The translations under genes were made by a program, and so were the position numbers. From Chromera velia (Eukaryota), in assembly GCA_018398765.1 (NCBI GenBank), contig JAHBMJ010000345.1:1-51044 (forward strand): a stretch of 51,044 bases of DNA. Direction: 5' to 3'. The notes beneath the pieces were generated by a model. That model had not been told where the DNA came from. It ran no database searches and was given only the letters and a program-made list of their open reading frames with translations. Below are positions 25,002 through 38,395 of this stretch, piece after piece; the first letter of the stretch is position 1, and every line of letters starts with the position of its first letter.

Positions 25002-28000
25002 ATGCACTCATATTTTCGCATGTGACGGCAAATCTCAGTCACGAGCAGGACCATGGCTTATCCGGAATCGGTTGGGCTGATCGGGGATGGAGTGCAGTCT
25101 GAGGGCCATTCATAACAGATGTAACTTCAGTGGAACACATATCCATGAAAACTAACATCTGCTCTCAGAAGAAGGAGTATGAGAGCGCAAGTCAGTGCGA
25201 AAGAGAATGCAGCGTCCAAGAGTAATATGAAAAGCAGGCAAAGAGGGAGGCAATTTCTCAGTCTGCCGGAAACCCGACGGTCTGTCTGCGTGCAGGAATA
25301 CAAATCAGTGCAGAAAAAAATACACCAGAGATGCGCAGAGCGTCTGCTTTACTGCTGCAAGAAGCACGGGGGCATCTACAATAAGTTCGGTCAGTGAACT
25401 TATACCTTCGTAGGAATACGCATTTAAATGTGTGTGCATGGATCTTGCGCGTCTGAAATCAATGTACAGGAAAAACACACCCCGATTGCTGCATGTACCC
25501 AGAGACACGGAACAAGTCTGGTGAGAGAAGGCCTTCGGACTCCGACCGACCGACGGATCCCTGTTTTTTTTGGGAAAAAAATCTCCTCTAAGCATCTTGG
25601 TTTCTTTCCCCTTCCTTTTTCTTCCTCTGCAGGGCAGTATGTTGCGACTCTAAACCATGTGTTGCCAGAAGAGTACACGAACACGCTGAAGGTCTTGCAC
25701 GACCAGGCGCTCCACCTTCCTTGGTCAGTTGATTGTCATTCCAACCTGCGGGTGGTTTCTTCTCTTCAAAAAAGAACAAAAACGCACAATAGCGAGCACA
25801 CCCTGGTCATGCACACGAGGCGAGAAGAGAACGCCTTCCTGCAGTCCTCCCTCGTTCTTTGCCCTAGCTGACCAGATGACCGGATGCGATGGCTTTCGTA
25901 GAAAATTTCTTCTCAAAAAGAAAGAAAGAAACATCCTTCTGTAAGAGAAAAGTGTGGCTTCGGCCCACAGGAGAGAGAGAGCCCGTGCCGCCATTCAAAG
26001 ACAATGGCGTTCTTTCTCTTTTCTGAACGACGTTCGTTCTTGGATGCGGACTTTCTTGTTTTGTCTTTTGAAGTTGATCCTTTCCCCTGCAGGAGTGCAT
26101 GAGACCGGGAGGGTCCTGTGCAGACATACTAATGACATGACAGTCATGTTTGCAGCGCTTTCGTGCCCACATGGCTAGAATCGTCTTCAATGAATCTTAT
26201 TTGAATACATGAAGGGTTCCATTCATTCATTCATTCACTCATTCAATGCCATTTATTGGTTTATGTTGAATTCAGGTCGGGGATCAGGAGGGTCTTCAAG
26301 GAAGAGTTCGGAGAGGACCCGGAAACCTTCTTCAGGGAATTTGAATTCGAACCCATCGCTGCTGCAGTCAGTGAAGGCGTGCGTGTGGGTGGGCGCACAG
26401 CTAGGCGTGCACTTGTGTGTGTTGGGGNGGGGGGGGGGGGGAGAGAGAAAGATTTTTGAGGAGATGACTTGACACTCTCTGTCTGTTTGGTGGCGCCTTT
26501 TCGAAGATTTCACTCATGAACGAGAGGAAAGATGCGATGTGAGAGAGAGGTGTTGGGACAGACTGGGACAGGTTGTGTGTGTGTGTTTTTTTTTCTTTTC
26601 TTCCTTCCTTCCTTCCTTCCTTCTCTGTGCCCGCCAAACGACCATGTACTCCCATTGTGTGGCGGCCCGCATGGAGTGAGGGAGAAAAAAGAAAAGACAA
26701 CGAGAAGAGAGTCTGTGTGTTAGATTCCGGCACAGGGTAATTCAAATGATGGTAATTTTCTTTCCTGTTTGCTTCTTGTCTTTGCTTCCTTCGCAGTCTC
26801 TCGCACAAGTTCATCGTGCCGTCCGTCATAACGGCAAGGAGGTCGCTGTGAAACTTCAATATCCGCATTTGAGATCGCAGATCTCCTCCGACTTTCTCAC
26901 AATGAAGGTTCGTTCGTCAGTGGGAGATGGAGAGCGGCAGGTGATGACTGAATTAATTGGATTTGTGGCGATCTCTTTCGGCTTCTTTCGATCTTGTTCC
27001 TGCTCTTCTCCTTTTTTCAGAACCTTTAGAAGAAGCGAGGAATGAAAGTTTGTTTTAGTAGCTGTCTCTTCTCACACTAGGCTTTCTTCCATCGCTCCTG
27101 CGGCTACCTGCCTTTCATTCAGTACGTCTCTACACGCATTTATGTACCTGCGCATGTCTGTTCGGTCGTACACAACAGAACATTCCTGTTCTTCTCTGGC
27201 TGTCTCCCTGGCTGCCTGTCTGCCTGCAGCTTTTGATGTTTCTTCTTGGCAAAGCCTACCCTGACGTCAGTTAAAGCTACTCTTGCGGCTGTTCTTCTTC
27301 CTTTTATGCCGCCCTTCATTCTCTCTCCTTTTCTGGCTGCGTCTTTTGTGTGCGTCTTCTCCCTTCCGTTGTTTTTTGAGGAAGCATCTTCAGGATTGTC
27401 TCATCTTCTTTTTCTTCTTCTTTTTCCACCTTTTCATATTTTGAATGGTTTGTGCGTGCTCAGGCTTGTCTGTTGCCTTTCAATTGACTTTCGTTTACTC
27501 TTCTCTCCCTTTCCTCCTTGATTACCCAGAGCTGCCACAAAGAAAAAGCCCCCCTCCGCCGCTTTTGGATTCTTATCTCTGTATGAATAAATACGTGTGT
27601 GCATGCATGCAGTATGAGTACAGCTGGTTATTCCCTGAATTCGAGCAGAACATCAGACACGAGCTCTCCTTCAGACAAGGTCGGAAGAAGGGAGGAGAGA
27701 GAGAATCGAGGCAAATAGAGCTTGAATGAAATCAGATGGAAAGAAACGAAATTAAGAAAAGTATGTTCATTTTTATTTTTGCCCGTCTTTTCTTGCTGCC
27801 TCCCTACCTTCTTTGGCTCCCTCTCTCTTTCACTCTGTATGAGTACTGAGGGGCAAAATGTTTTCCTTTGTTCTCATTTTCTTCCGTTTTTTTCTTCTGC
27901 CTTCTTTGTCAGTCAGTCAGTCAGTCAGTGAGTGGGTGAGTGAGTGCAGAAGGCTTCAATGCCTCCCGAGTGTCCCGCCTCTTTGAGGACAACCCAAAAG

Positions 28001-30677
28001 TTTACGTCCCCAAGGTAGGTCGGGCTGTCTCTGTGATGTGATCGGAAAGGTCCTCCTGTCCATGGATGCTTCCTTCCTTCCTTCTTTTCGTTTCAAGATA
28101 GGGGAAGGAACTCATCAAAGTGGGGAAGGAACTCATCACATCGCGAAATTTCATCCTCTCTCCCTCTCCCTCTCCCTATCTCTTCTCTGAGAGGTCTCTC
28201 TCTCTGTGAATCCATCCAACCTTGAGGCGAAAATGAAAGGGCGTCGCGATATATCTGTCCGTGCGTTTCCATTCCTCCGACCTGTCTATCGGAGGCTGGG
28301 TTTGTATGTCTGCTCCATGCCCCCCTGTTCTTTCTCTTTTTCTTTTCTTTTCACTTTTTTGCTTCCTTCTCGCTGTCTTGGCTGATACAAACACGATCTA
28401 GGCAGCTGGCCTCCTTCTGTTCTTTCTTTTTTTGCCTTTCCTGTTCGCTCGCTTCTTCCTTTTCTTCTTCCCTTCCGCCCTGTTGACTGACGCTTCTCGA
28501 TGCCCGATAAAGAAGCCATAACGGAACGATGTCCTCACTTTTTTTTGCCTCCCTTGCTCTCTCTCTGGCCTGCCTGGTGATGCCTGCAGATCGAGTGGGA
28601 TCTGACGACTGACCGCGTGCTGACGATGGAATTTGTGAGGTGCGTTGCTGGAATCCTTCGTGCATGGTGTTAGAGGATGTCTGCCCTATGAATGGAAATA
28701 TAGTGGTCATATGTCGATTTCGTCCAATTCACTCACTCAGTCACTTACTGTAGAAGATTGAAGGTCAAAGATTTGGAAATTGCATGTGTGCTTTCACTTC
28801 TTGTGTTCTTTACACACCATGTGTTCGTGTCCGCGTAATTGCACACAGAGGAGTGAAGATCAACGACAAGGAGGGTCTGAAGAATATGGACGTGAAGGGA
28901 TCTGAAGTCGCACCCCTGTTGAGTGAGGTCTTTGGAGACATGATGCATTTCCATGGTGAGTGCATGGTTCCGTGGGTGGGTGGGTGCGTAGGGGCAGAGC
29001 CAGGGCAGTTGGCTTTTTGCAAATCTTTCCGGCCCCGCTTCTTTGTTTCTCGCTTTCTTCTGCTACGCCTGTCTCTCTTCATGTGCGTGTGACGGGAGTT
29101 TCCTGTCCTGAGCCTGCCTGTCTTTTCATTTCTTCCGACATTGACATCATCGCTGAGCAATCGATTCCTCCTGCATGCCTCCTTCCTTCCTTCTTTCCTT
29201 CCTTCCTTCCTGGCTGCTGCTGCAGGATTTGTGCACTGCGATCCACACCCAGGCAACATTCTCGTTCGTCCCCTTCCTAGCAGAGAGAGTCAGTCAGGGA
29301 GGGAGGGAGGGAGGGAGTCGATTCAGCCATCCATCCATCTGTCAGAGACGCAATGCAACGATTCGCGCCCACTAGAACAGCCGGGGCACTTGCTTGCACG
29401 CCCACACACTCGTACACACGCACACGAATAGAAAGCCACAGACAAGAGAGCTCTGTGTTGTTCTTTTTCCATCCAACGAAAAGGACGAGTAAGACAATCA
29501 GGCCACCAGGTGCATGGCGAGTCAGACTAGCAGGCAGCAGAGAGTGAGAATCGATAACTGACAGAACAGAGCGGAACCTCCTGTATTCCCGGACCCCTCT
29601 GTTCTTTTCTTTTCTTTTCTTTTCTCTTTCCGGCCACCGCAGGACGATCGGATGGCAGCGCTGTCCCCCAGATTGTTCTGTTGGATCACGGCATGTACAG
29701 AAGGTTGACTCCCGACTTCAGAAAAGGGTACTGCCAACTCTGGGAGGCTCTGGTGACTCAGGATGAGAGCGTCGGAAGAGAAGCCGCGATCCGACTGGGA
29801 CTGGACGAGAGGGGGTTTGAGCTGCTCTCACTGGTCTTTACATTTAGGTCAGAGCCGTTCAGTTGAATTCGGGGATGTATTTGTCTGGTAGTCCGATGGA
29901 GAGAGATGGAGGTAGCTTTTCTAAGAGTGACGTTTGCTTTCGATCACCACTGCGCTGCTTTTTTCATACTCTCTTCTTTTTCCTTTTACATTGTTTTCTT
30001 GTCTCTCGGACTGTCTCCTTCTTTTTCATCCAACTGCGTTCTTGTGGAAGTCTTCTTCGTTCTTCAGTCTCCTGTTTTCTTGTGGCTAAGAGGACCGGCG
30101 CGTTGTCTCACCCCGGCCATACTGTGGACGGTGACACGACACAATGCAGGGCCGGAAACTCCGTTACATGGATCGACATATTGATACTTGAAGGAGAAGA
30201 AGGACAAGGCAGACAGACACGTGTCTTTCTCCCGTTCCCGCTCTGGCTGACTGTGTTTTTGTCTCTCTGCCTTTGATGCTTCTCCTTTGTGTGTTGGTTT
30301 CGTTTCTTCTTTCTTTCTTTCTGTATTTCATCCCCTCTTTTCCCTTTCCCTGCCTCTGCAGATCCTCAAAGAGCAAGAGGACCCGACTGGGAAGCAGAAT
30401 GCATGACGAGGACCGACAGAGGGCGCGGGACAGCATTCAGTCAGTCAGAGAGTCAGAGAGTCAAGCAGTCACTTTGTTCAGCCATGCAGCCAGCCAAAGC
30501 TCGTCCCGAATCAGACAGAAGGCCAAAGGAGAGGAAAAGGTTGCGCTAGAGAGATGCGTTGGAGAGAGGAGCGGAGACCATGCGAGAAAAGAGGGAGAGC
30601 AGCATTGAGAGGCAGGCAATCCACGCACACACATACACACACACACACACACACACAGAGAGAGACAGAGAGAGAGA

Positions 30678-30712
<35 letters not shown>

Positions 30713-31924
30713 GGCTCGATGCGTCTCCCTTGTCTCTTCTCTTCTCTTGTTCCGAGAGGCTCTTTTCCCTCCTTCTGACAGACAATCCATTCCGCTTTGC
30801 CATGCAACCTTTCCTCCCCTGCTCCAAATCCGATGACGAAATTGAAAACCCCCCATGCACCCATTGATTGGATTGATGCATGCAGGGGCACAACTGCCGG
30901 AGACATCAACGAGTTTCTCAGGGGACTCCCAAGAGATGTTCTGTGGGTCCTTCGGGTCCGTCTTGCATGCGTGGGGGTTGGCGGGGTGGGAAGTGCGGGA
31001 GAAAAGACAGCTATGTGCAATCAATCATTTTGGATTCATTTGCTTTACCCTTCTGAATGAAGTCAAGACTGACTTATACCGCTTCATTCTTGCATGCATC
31101 TGGTCGTCAATTTATGTTCTTCTTTCTCTCTCTGTTTCCATTCGTCGCAGGCAACAAATATTGTGCGCTCTTTAAATTTGGACCTGGGTGGCACATCCAG
31201 GCAGCGGTTTCGTATTATGGGAGAGGCGGCTGTGCGGGGCCTTCTGCTTCCGAATGAGGCCGCAGAGGAGGTCGAGACAGCTCAACGAGCTGCAGTTGAG
31301 AGGAAGCGGGCGGAGGATGCAGAAAGTCACAGACACGAGTGGAGCGCCCTGGTGCCCTCCCTTCCCTCTGTGTCTCCAAAAGTTGCACGCAGAGGCGCAC
31401 CTGAGTGGAGCGAGCTTCCTGGGGCGTTGACCCTCAATCTTGCTGTTGCGTCTGAGTGTACACCGGAAACTTTCGGGTCCTTTGTTTGTTCGGAAGATTC
31501 TGTAAAGGGAAAAGGTCCCCTGATGCCTGCCGACTGGTTCGCTTCTCACTGTGTCCAAGGTGGTCTCACTGACAGACAGAATTCATTGATCGAATCTCGG
31601 GCAGAGGAGAAGGGTTCGGGATCTTCGGTCAGGGTGGGAACGTCAACCGCAGGGGCGAAGAGCGAGTCGAGAGTTGCAGCAAAATCTTGGGGGCATTGGA
31701 GGTCCTCTGTTTTTCGGGACTTTCGGGTTTGGTGGTCGACCTTTCGGTTGCGTCTTCAGATTCTGTACGTAGAGGTTTTGATGACTCTGCTTTCCTTCTC
31801 CGTGTCGGTGCGTGAGGGCGAGGCGTCTCTTCCCCCCTCGAGCAAAGAGGGAAATGGAGAGGTAGAGGAGGAGGGCACATCAGAACCGAAGAAACAAAAG
31901 AAACGGTTCCGAGAAATGGGCTGA
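24361..31924 (+). CDS. ABC1/UbiB atypical kinase, ADCK1/ADCK5-like (16 exons)
   Basis: Exons 24361-24580, 24723-24823, 25296-25389, 25633-25723, 26276-26366, 26797-26907, 27230-27265, 27613-27679, 27950-28014, 28590-28639, 28849-28955, 29226-29288, 29643-29847, 30362-30439, 30886-30955 and 31151-31924 join in phase. Motifs: GGIYNKFGQ (KxGQ), [34 protein letters not shown] and LLDHG. Confidence 0.95.
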
Positions 31925-33399
31925 GCTAGCGGCCTCCTTCCGACTTCTTGCGCGGAAGACTCAGCGGTTTTTTGGTGTACCTGAAAAAAAAAGAGAAAAG
32001 AAAAGAAATTGCATCGATCTACGCTCGTTTTGTGGCGCATGTAGTCGTTTGTTGTATCTGTACAGGACCGGTGAAGTTTGTGCTCTGACGGTATGACTGC
32101 CCGAAAAGTGCATGGAAGCCGTGCAGACGATTTTCGCCAGCCGGGTCCCACTTTCTGAAACTCTCAGTGGAGGTTTGTGGCTCGATCGATTTGACTGCGG
32201 TCCTTTTGGTCCTCCAGAGTTGGCTTGGCATGATGTACCTGATCTCTGCATGTGGCAGTGTAGTAGCATGGCATGATTTACTGACATGCGTCCCTTCTCC
32301 CTTCATGTTTAGTGAATGAATGTTTAGTGAATGAGGTCCGCAGTGAGGAATCGCACAGCAGCTTGAACTGGTAAGAAATTGTTTCCTCCTTTCAGGCTCC
32401 TGCCGCCATGACTGCTCCTAGTCTTGCTTGCGACCGGCGCAATGGTGTCAAGCTGGAACATTTTGATTGAGCAATCTTTGATTTAAAGAGGATCTTCGAA
32501 TTCTACGATATTCACTTGTTTCCACTGCCTTTTAAAGCAGCCTTTACTACTAGTCTTTATACTTAAAACAATTAACTAAAATATAACCGTTCGATTTACT
32601 AGTAACTAGCAATACTATGTAGTATATTGTTATGATCGATATCTTTGTTCGTTTTTGAATCATTGGGAAAGCGCTAAGCTGGATCTTACGCCGGATTTGT
32701 AGCTGGATTCGCATGCACTAACGGCACTATCAGATTTATCTTCTGCATAATCACCGTAGTAATCACCAGTACTACGTGGGCCGCGACGGTGGGCGTATCA
32801 CAGCAAAAAAAAAACTGAGGAAGAATGCCAGTGGAGGTTTTTTTTTTTTAACATTATGCAGCATATAATTTATGCTTCAGAAAGACTCGGAAAAAAAAAA
32901 GGGAGAAGGAGGCAGAAAAGAAGGCACTGATGGAATGGTTGTGGCTGACTACTAAGACCGGCCCTCTAAATAATAAGGACGAGAAAAGGTGCATAGGTGC
33001 AAGGTGCAAGGTGTTTTGAACGAATGCACCTGAATTCAAGTGCATTTCAGGTGCATCCAACAGGTGCATTGTTTCTACTATAAAAACATAAATTAAAGAG
33101 CCGTCTCCTAGGGTTTTTAGCCATTAAAAGGCGCCTAATTCAATGCTTAAACACTCTTTCTCATATAACATAGCTGCACAATCTTTTACTATAAGAATTT
33201 GATTGAAAAACACATAAAAAGTTGATAAAAACCGATAGCAAGTCTCGTTTTTGAATTATGAAAACAATCCTTTGAACTAAATTCAGCTACACTGCAGCAT
33301 TTCATTTTTTGCAAATTCATTCTCATATGATTTATCAACAAATTAAAAAATAGCAAAAGCATTCCAACGATGGGGAATCTTCTCAATTTTGTGGAGAAA

Positions 33400-33810
33400 C
33401 GAGCTAAACGGTGCTGTCCGAAGTATGAAAGACATGCCGCTGCCTGAGCAAAGAATAAAAGAGGTACAGTCATGTTGCTGACTGAGTAGAGAGTGGAAGA
33501 GACGGAGACATGTTGCGGACTGAGTACTAGAGAATGAAAGAGGTGTAGTCATATTACTGACAGAGCAGAGAGTGAGATAGATGGAGCCAGGCTGCTCCCT
33601 ATACAGAGAATGAGAGAGGTGCAGTCGTGCTGTTGTCTAAACTCAGAATAAAAGAGGTGTAGTCATGCTGCTGCTTCAGCAAAGGATGAAAGAAGTACAG
33701 TCATGCTATTGACTGAGGAAAGAATGAAAGAGGTGCACTCATGTCGCTGACTGAGCAGAGAGTAAAAGAGATGCCGACATGCTGCTGCTTGAACAAAGAA
33801 TGAAAGAGGG
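33400..33810. repeat. ~38-bp degenerate minisatellite (about 10-11 copies)
   Basis: The unit is approximately GACTGAGCAGAGAATGAAAGAGGTGTAGTCATGCTGCT. Confidence 0.8.
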
Positions 33811-33921
33811 TCCCTACCAGCACTTCTAGAAAGCTTAGGCTGAAACTTAAAACTTTTCTATTAAGCATTTCCCCCCCCTCCCTTATACCTTAGGATCTAG
33901 CTTAGGATTTCTGCTTAGTAT

Positions 33922-34365
33922 TATCTAGGGGAGCTGGAGAAGACCTGCTCAGCTTGTTCTGGTAGAAAAGTTTGTGATGAGATCCACTTGCTCACGGAAT
34001 GTGCGGACACAGAGAGGGAAAGACAGAAGCTTGACAAAATCATCAGCAGAATAAAGGAGCGCGCGCCCATTAAGAAATGGGTGGAAATTGTGCAATGGGT
34101 GGCTGCCTCTGCTGGTAGGGGAGTGGGGGAGAATAAAAAGAAAGTCCGAGAGATGATCGCTCTTATTTCGTCGTTCCAGCCTCTCGCGGGCATGAGGGCG
34201 GTTGAGGAGTGTATAGCCAAATTAGAGAGAGTTCGTGTTGACATGTGTTAATGGATCAATGCGCTAGGTCAATAACCCAACATTGCATATCATGCCCCAT
34301 GGTTGGCCAGAGCCTAAGTAGTAGCTCACCGGCTTTAACCGCCTCAATTCAATTTAATTCTATTA
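33922..34365 (+). mobile_element. 5'-truncated non-LTR retrotransposon 3' end (CCHC zinc knuckle)
   Basis: The frame from 33925 reads LGELEKTCSACSGRKVCDEIHLLTECADTERER... to the stop at 34251. This Cx2Cx9Hx4C motif is typical of LINE ORF2 C-termini. A short UTR and a CAATT-like repeat tail follow at about 34344-34360. Confidence 0.65.
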
Positions 34366-34704
34366 TTAAGGCCACAAAAAATAATAACAATAATATTAAT
34401 ATTTTAATTAAAAACCTACAGAAAAAAACTTGAACAAATTTGAAGATCTAGCTAGTAACAGCTTATAGTAGGCGCTATTAGTAGCTAGGCCACCTGGTAG
34501 ACCAAATCCATATATAAAGTTTAGCCAGAGCTTTTATGTGACCAACATAATTTTTGACTGAATACTATGATATTACTATCGACTGTATTGGCGGCTTAAT
34601 TGCAAAAAAGCTAGCAAAAAAGCTGAAAACACGTATGAAACACCGGCGTAAACTTTACATAGCGGTAGCGGTGTAGCTGTACGTTCTTGGTATGAAGTGA
34701 ACGA

Positions 34705-37120
34705 CTAAAATTCAAAGTCCTTCAGCCCAAAAAATAAACTGCGAGAAAAGGGGCCTGAACCTTCTGAGTTCTCTTTGCAAAGCTGGAGGCTCAGCTTTCG
34801 AAGGTCTGGAAACTCGCCATTCTTAATTTGGTCAATAAGAGGCGTGAGGGCGCTGCGAGGGAGTGGTTTACCCGTGTTACTTAGGGAAAGTGTCTCCAAA
34901 GATCGGGGGAGGAAGGGAACGAAGACGTTCAATTCTTCCTCAGCAAACGGCCCATCTTCTGAAACTTGCAGTTCCTTCAGACCGACCAGACCACCGCTCT
35001 GCATTTTCAACCCAAGCGCCTCCCATCCTGAGAGACTGACTTGGGTCTGAGAGAGATGGAGACTCTCGAGACTCGCTGGGAGAAGGGAGAAAATCGCTTT
35101 TGCAATCTCCTCTGTTGACGGGCGGTTGTTTGTTGACCCCACCCCGAAGAACGGACAGTCAAGCCACAAACTTCGAAGCCTTCCCAAACCCCCTCCCTCT
35201 AGCTTCTTGACCAAATTCTGCCACGACTTTGTCTGCAAAGACGTGTCGAGTAAATGGAGTTTCTCAAGAGAGCCGGGAAGCTCTTGCATGAGATCGGCCA
35301 TCCCCACCTCAAACCTCCGACTGACGCCTTTGATCACAAGTTCCCGAAAACGATCAAACCCCCTCGTTTTGAAACGTTCTGCAAATGCACTCCAATACTG
35401 CACACTCATGAAGGGGTCACAGTCGATGCGTAATTTTTTGAGAGAAGTCGGCAGAGCGCTGAATAAAATGCTGGCGCTCTCCGGATCAATTGACCAGACA
35501 TCGGCCTCCATCTCTGAGAACCGAGTCATGTCCCCCCTCCTGAACCTCTCAGCCAAAGCCGTCCACCCCTCGGGGTCTAGTGACCCCCCGGGTACGCCCT
35601 GTGCACTCATGGGGACGGTGAAGGATAGTGATTGGAGCGTTGCGGATAAACGGGGAAAGAGGACAGAGGCGCAGGTGCCTACCACACTTCGCAGCGACAG
35701 CTTCTCTAAGGAGCCCCCCAGAGGTCTGACTCCAAAGCTCTCTGTTAGACGAGTTGGGTCGCTCCATTCGCCGATGTCGGAGTATCCGAGGCTGCTGACA
35801 GAGAAACTGACACTGAGTTTCTTCAGGGAAGACGGCAGAGAAGGCAAAAGAGATACTGCGTTCTCATAACTCAGCGAGTAGTCATTAAAAAAAAAATTGC
35901 CCATCAGCACCAGTTCCTGCAGAGGCAGCGTGCCGTCAAGGAATTGGTCGGTAAGTCTTTTGAGGCTTTGGGGGGGGAATGTTCGGCCTGTGGTCTGTCG
36001 AGGAGGAGAGAGGTCCAAGACCTCCAGGGACGGAGGGAGGGAGTCAATGACATCCTTCAGGGTTGACTCATCTCCTGTGATGGCAGAAGCCACGGAAGCA
36101 GGTACAGAAGAATCGGTTAATGGATTTTGGGGGAAGGTTATTTCAACCTTCTGTAGACTGCAGCCTGACAGGTGAAGGACGTTGAGTGAGTTCAGTCCCG
36201 TCTCTGTACTGTCTGCCATTCTCTTTCGAAGCTCCTCCCATGCACTCCCTCCGAGCCGCTCGCTCCCAGAGAGATCGAGGGAGGCGAGAGACGGGGGAAA
36301 ATAGGGGAAGACCGACTTGGCCTCTACTTCTGTGAGGTTGCAGAAAGACAGGTTCAGGTGTTCTAGACCAGACAGGTGCGCGCTCTCCAGACGCTGGCCA
36401 AGGTAGACATACTTCTTTTGTACGGCTTCGGCACTGCCGAAAAAAGAAGGTTTGGAAACGTCAAGAGAACGAAGAGAGGACGGGAGGGAAAGGGCTATCC
36501 CCCCCGCTTGAGTGTCCTCCAAGGCATCGGGGTGAATAGAAAGGTCAGTCAAGTTCTCCATCTCCCCCTCCTCCATTTTCTCTTCCAGAACACGCCACGC
36601 GTCCACGGTGATGTTCGCACCTTTTGGCACTTTAAGGGATTCCAAGGAACAGGGGAGACAAGCGAAGAGGGTGCGTGCTGCTGCGCTGTTCTGTTCGGAA
36701 GGCGGGAAGTCAACTGTTTTGAGAGCAGACAGTCCCCCCGTCCTTTGCAGTCCGTGGAGGGATTTGGCAATCTCCTCGTTCAGACTGTTCTGAAAGAAGC
36801 GGAGGGACCGGATAGACGGGGGAAGGAACGCCACCAAAATGCTCATTTTCTTCCTGTCAAGGAAAGCGGAGAACTCCACATGACGGAGAGTGCCACAAGC
36901 CTCCAGTTTCTCTCTCTTCAGAGAGTACAGAAGCAGCCACGCGAAGCTGTAGTTCTTACAGCGCAGCGCAGCTGAGAGCCCGGCATCGGCGTCTGGCACT
37001 AAATGTTCGAGAACAATCTTCACGATAGGCCAGCTTTGCTGGAGATCGCTTGCAGACGGCATCTGGTTTGCAGGGTCGATGGTTGGCTGTCCACTTGAGA
37101 ACAGAAACAGGTCTGCAGGC
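34705..37120 (-). CDS. Leucine-rich repeat protein (large single exon, at least 785 aa)
   Basis: ORF 34705-37062 has recurring LP.SL..L.LS and L..L..L.L units (for example LPSSLRSLDVS, LSGLEHLNLSFCNL, FPPSLASLDLSGS, LPASLESLHLS). The frame extends upstream to a CTAAC...TTTACAG acceptor at 37121, so further 5' exons may exist. Confidence 0.85.
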
Positions 37121-38395
37121 CTGTAAAGAGGTAAGTCGGTGCGGTTAGTAAACCTCTATTGTTTCAGGGAAGGAGCTGCTGCCACTCTTCCCGCAAAAAG
37201 AAAAGCCTGGCAGATGTATGCGCAGGTCGACAGAAGCTCGAAATGGCCGGGTGACAGTACTTAACAGTACCGAGGTTCTCCCCAGTTACTATTGTAAGCT
37301 ATTAATAACTCGATCATGCATGCAGGTCTGACTCATCTCATGCATGAATGCAGGTCTGACTCATCTCATGCATGGCCCCGGAAAGCGAAGCGGGGGGCAC
37401 TTACAAAACAAAAATACCCTAGCCCATGCATGCACGCTGTCTTTCGCCAATCTGACGCAAGCAAGCTTGCGAACGGCCCCGGAAAGCAAGAAAAATGAGA
37501 ACTTCACGATTGACGCACGCCGGCCAGCCGATCGGGCGGTCGCGCCGACCCCCCCCCCCCNNNNNNNNNNNCCCCCCGCGGGAAAAGCCGCAGAATCCCC
37601 CCTCCCCCAGGAAAAAAGCCTGGGGATGCAGCCTGTGGCTTTCTGGGGCCACTGACGCACGCATGCATGAGAACGCGGGTTCATACACGCTTTTCTGAAC
37701 CATTTGGGGCGGGATCTTTCCAGGGCCTTTTTTTGGTGAAAAACACCTGACGTACGCACATTTGGCACACATTCAGCCTTTCGGGGCCGGGTTTTTACCG
37801 AAAGACAGCGTGCACGTAGGCTGGGGTATTTCTGTTTTCTAAGTGCCCCCCGCTTCACTTTCCAGTGCTTTCCAGGGCCATGCACGCACGTGGGCTGGGG
37901 TATTTCTATTTTCTAAGTGCACCCCGCTTCGCTTTCCGGGGCCATCTGACGTACGCATATTTGGCGCATATTCAGCTTTTCGGGGCCAGGTTTTTACCGA
38001 AAGACAGTGTGCACGTGGGCTGGGGTATTTCTATTTTCTAAGTGCCCCCCGTAGCATTGTGATGGGCACCCCAGTCAGGAATCCATACAGTGCGCGCATT
38101 ACAAGCGTATTGGAGAACATGCATTAATGATTAGAAAGCATGCATGTGGAAGTAAAGCTTTATGCAGAAGTAGCAGTCTCTGTAGGGAAAGCAGGATAGA
38201 AGTGAAGACTCATGCATGATAATACTTACCCTATATGAACTAAGAGGAGATCTCTTAGGACGGTAGGAGCCTAGCTTCCCTACGTGGAAGCAGAGCCTTA
38301 AATCGATCTAGGGAGGAAGGTAGAGTTCGAGAGTGGGACTTGCGTCCCTTATTTGAACCATCTTCAGTACGTGTAACGCACCTTCAGTCAAGTGT

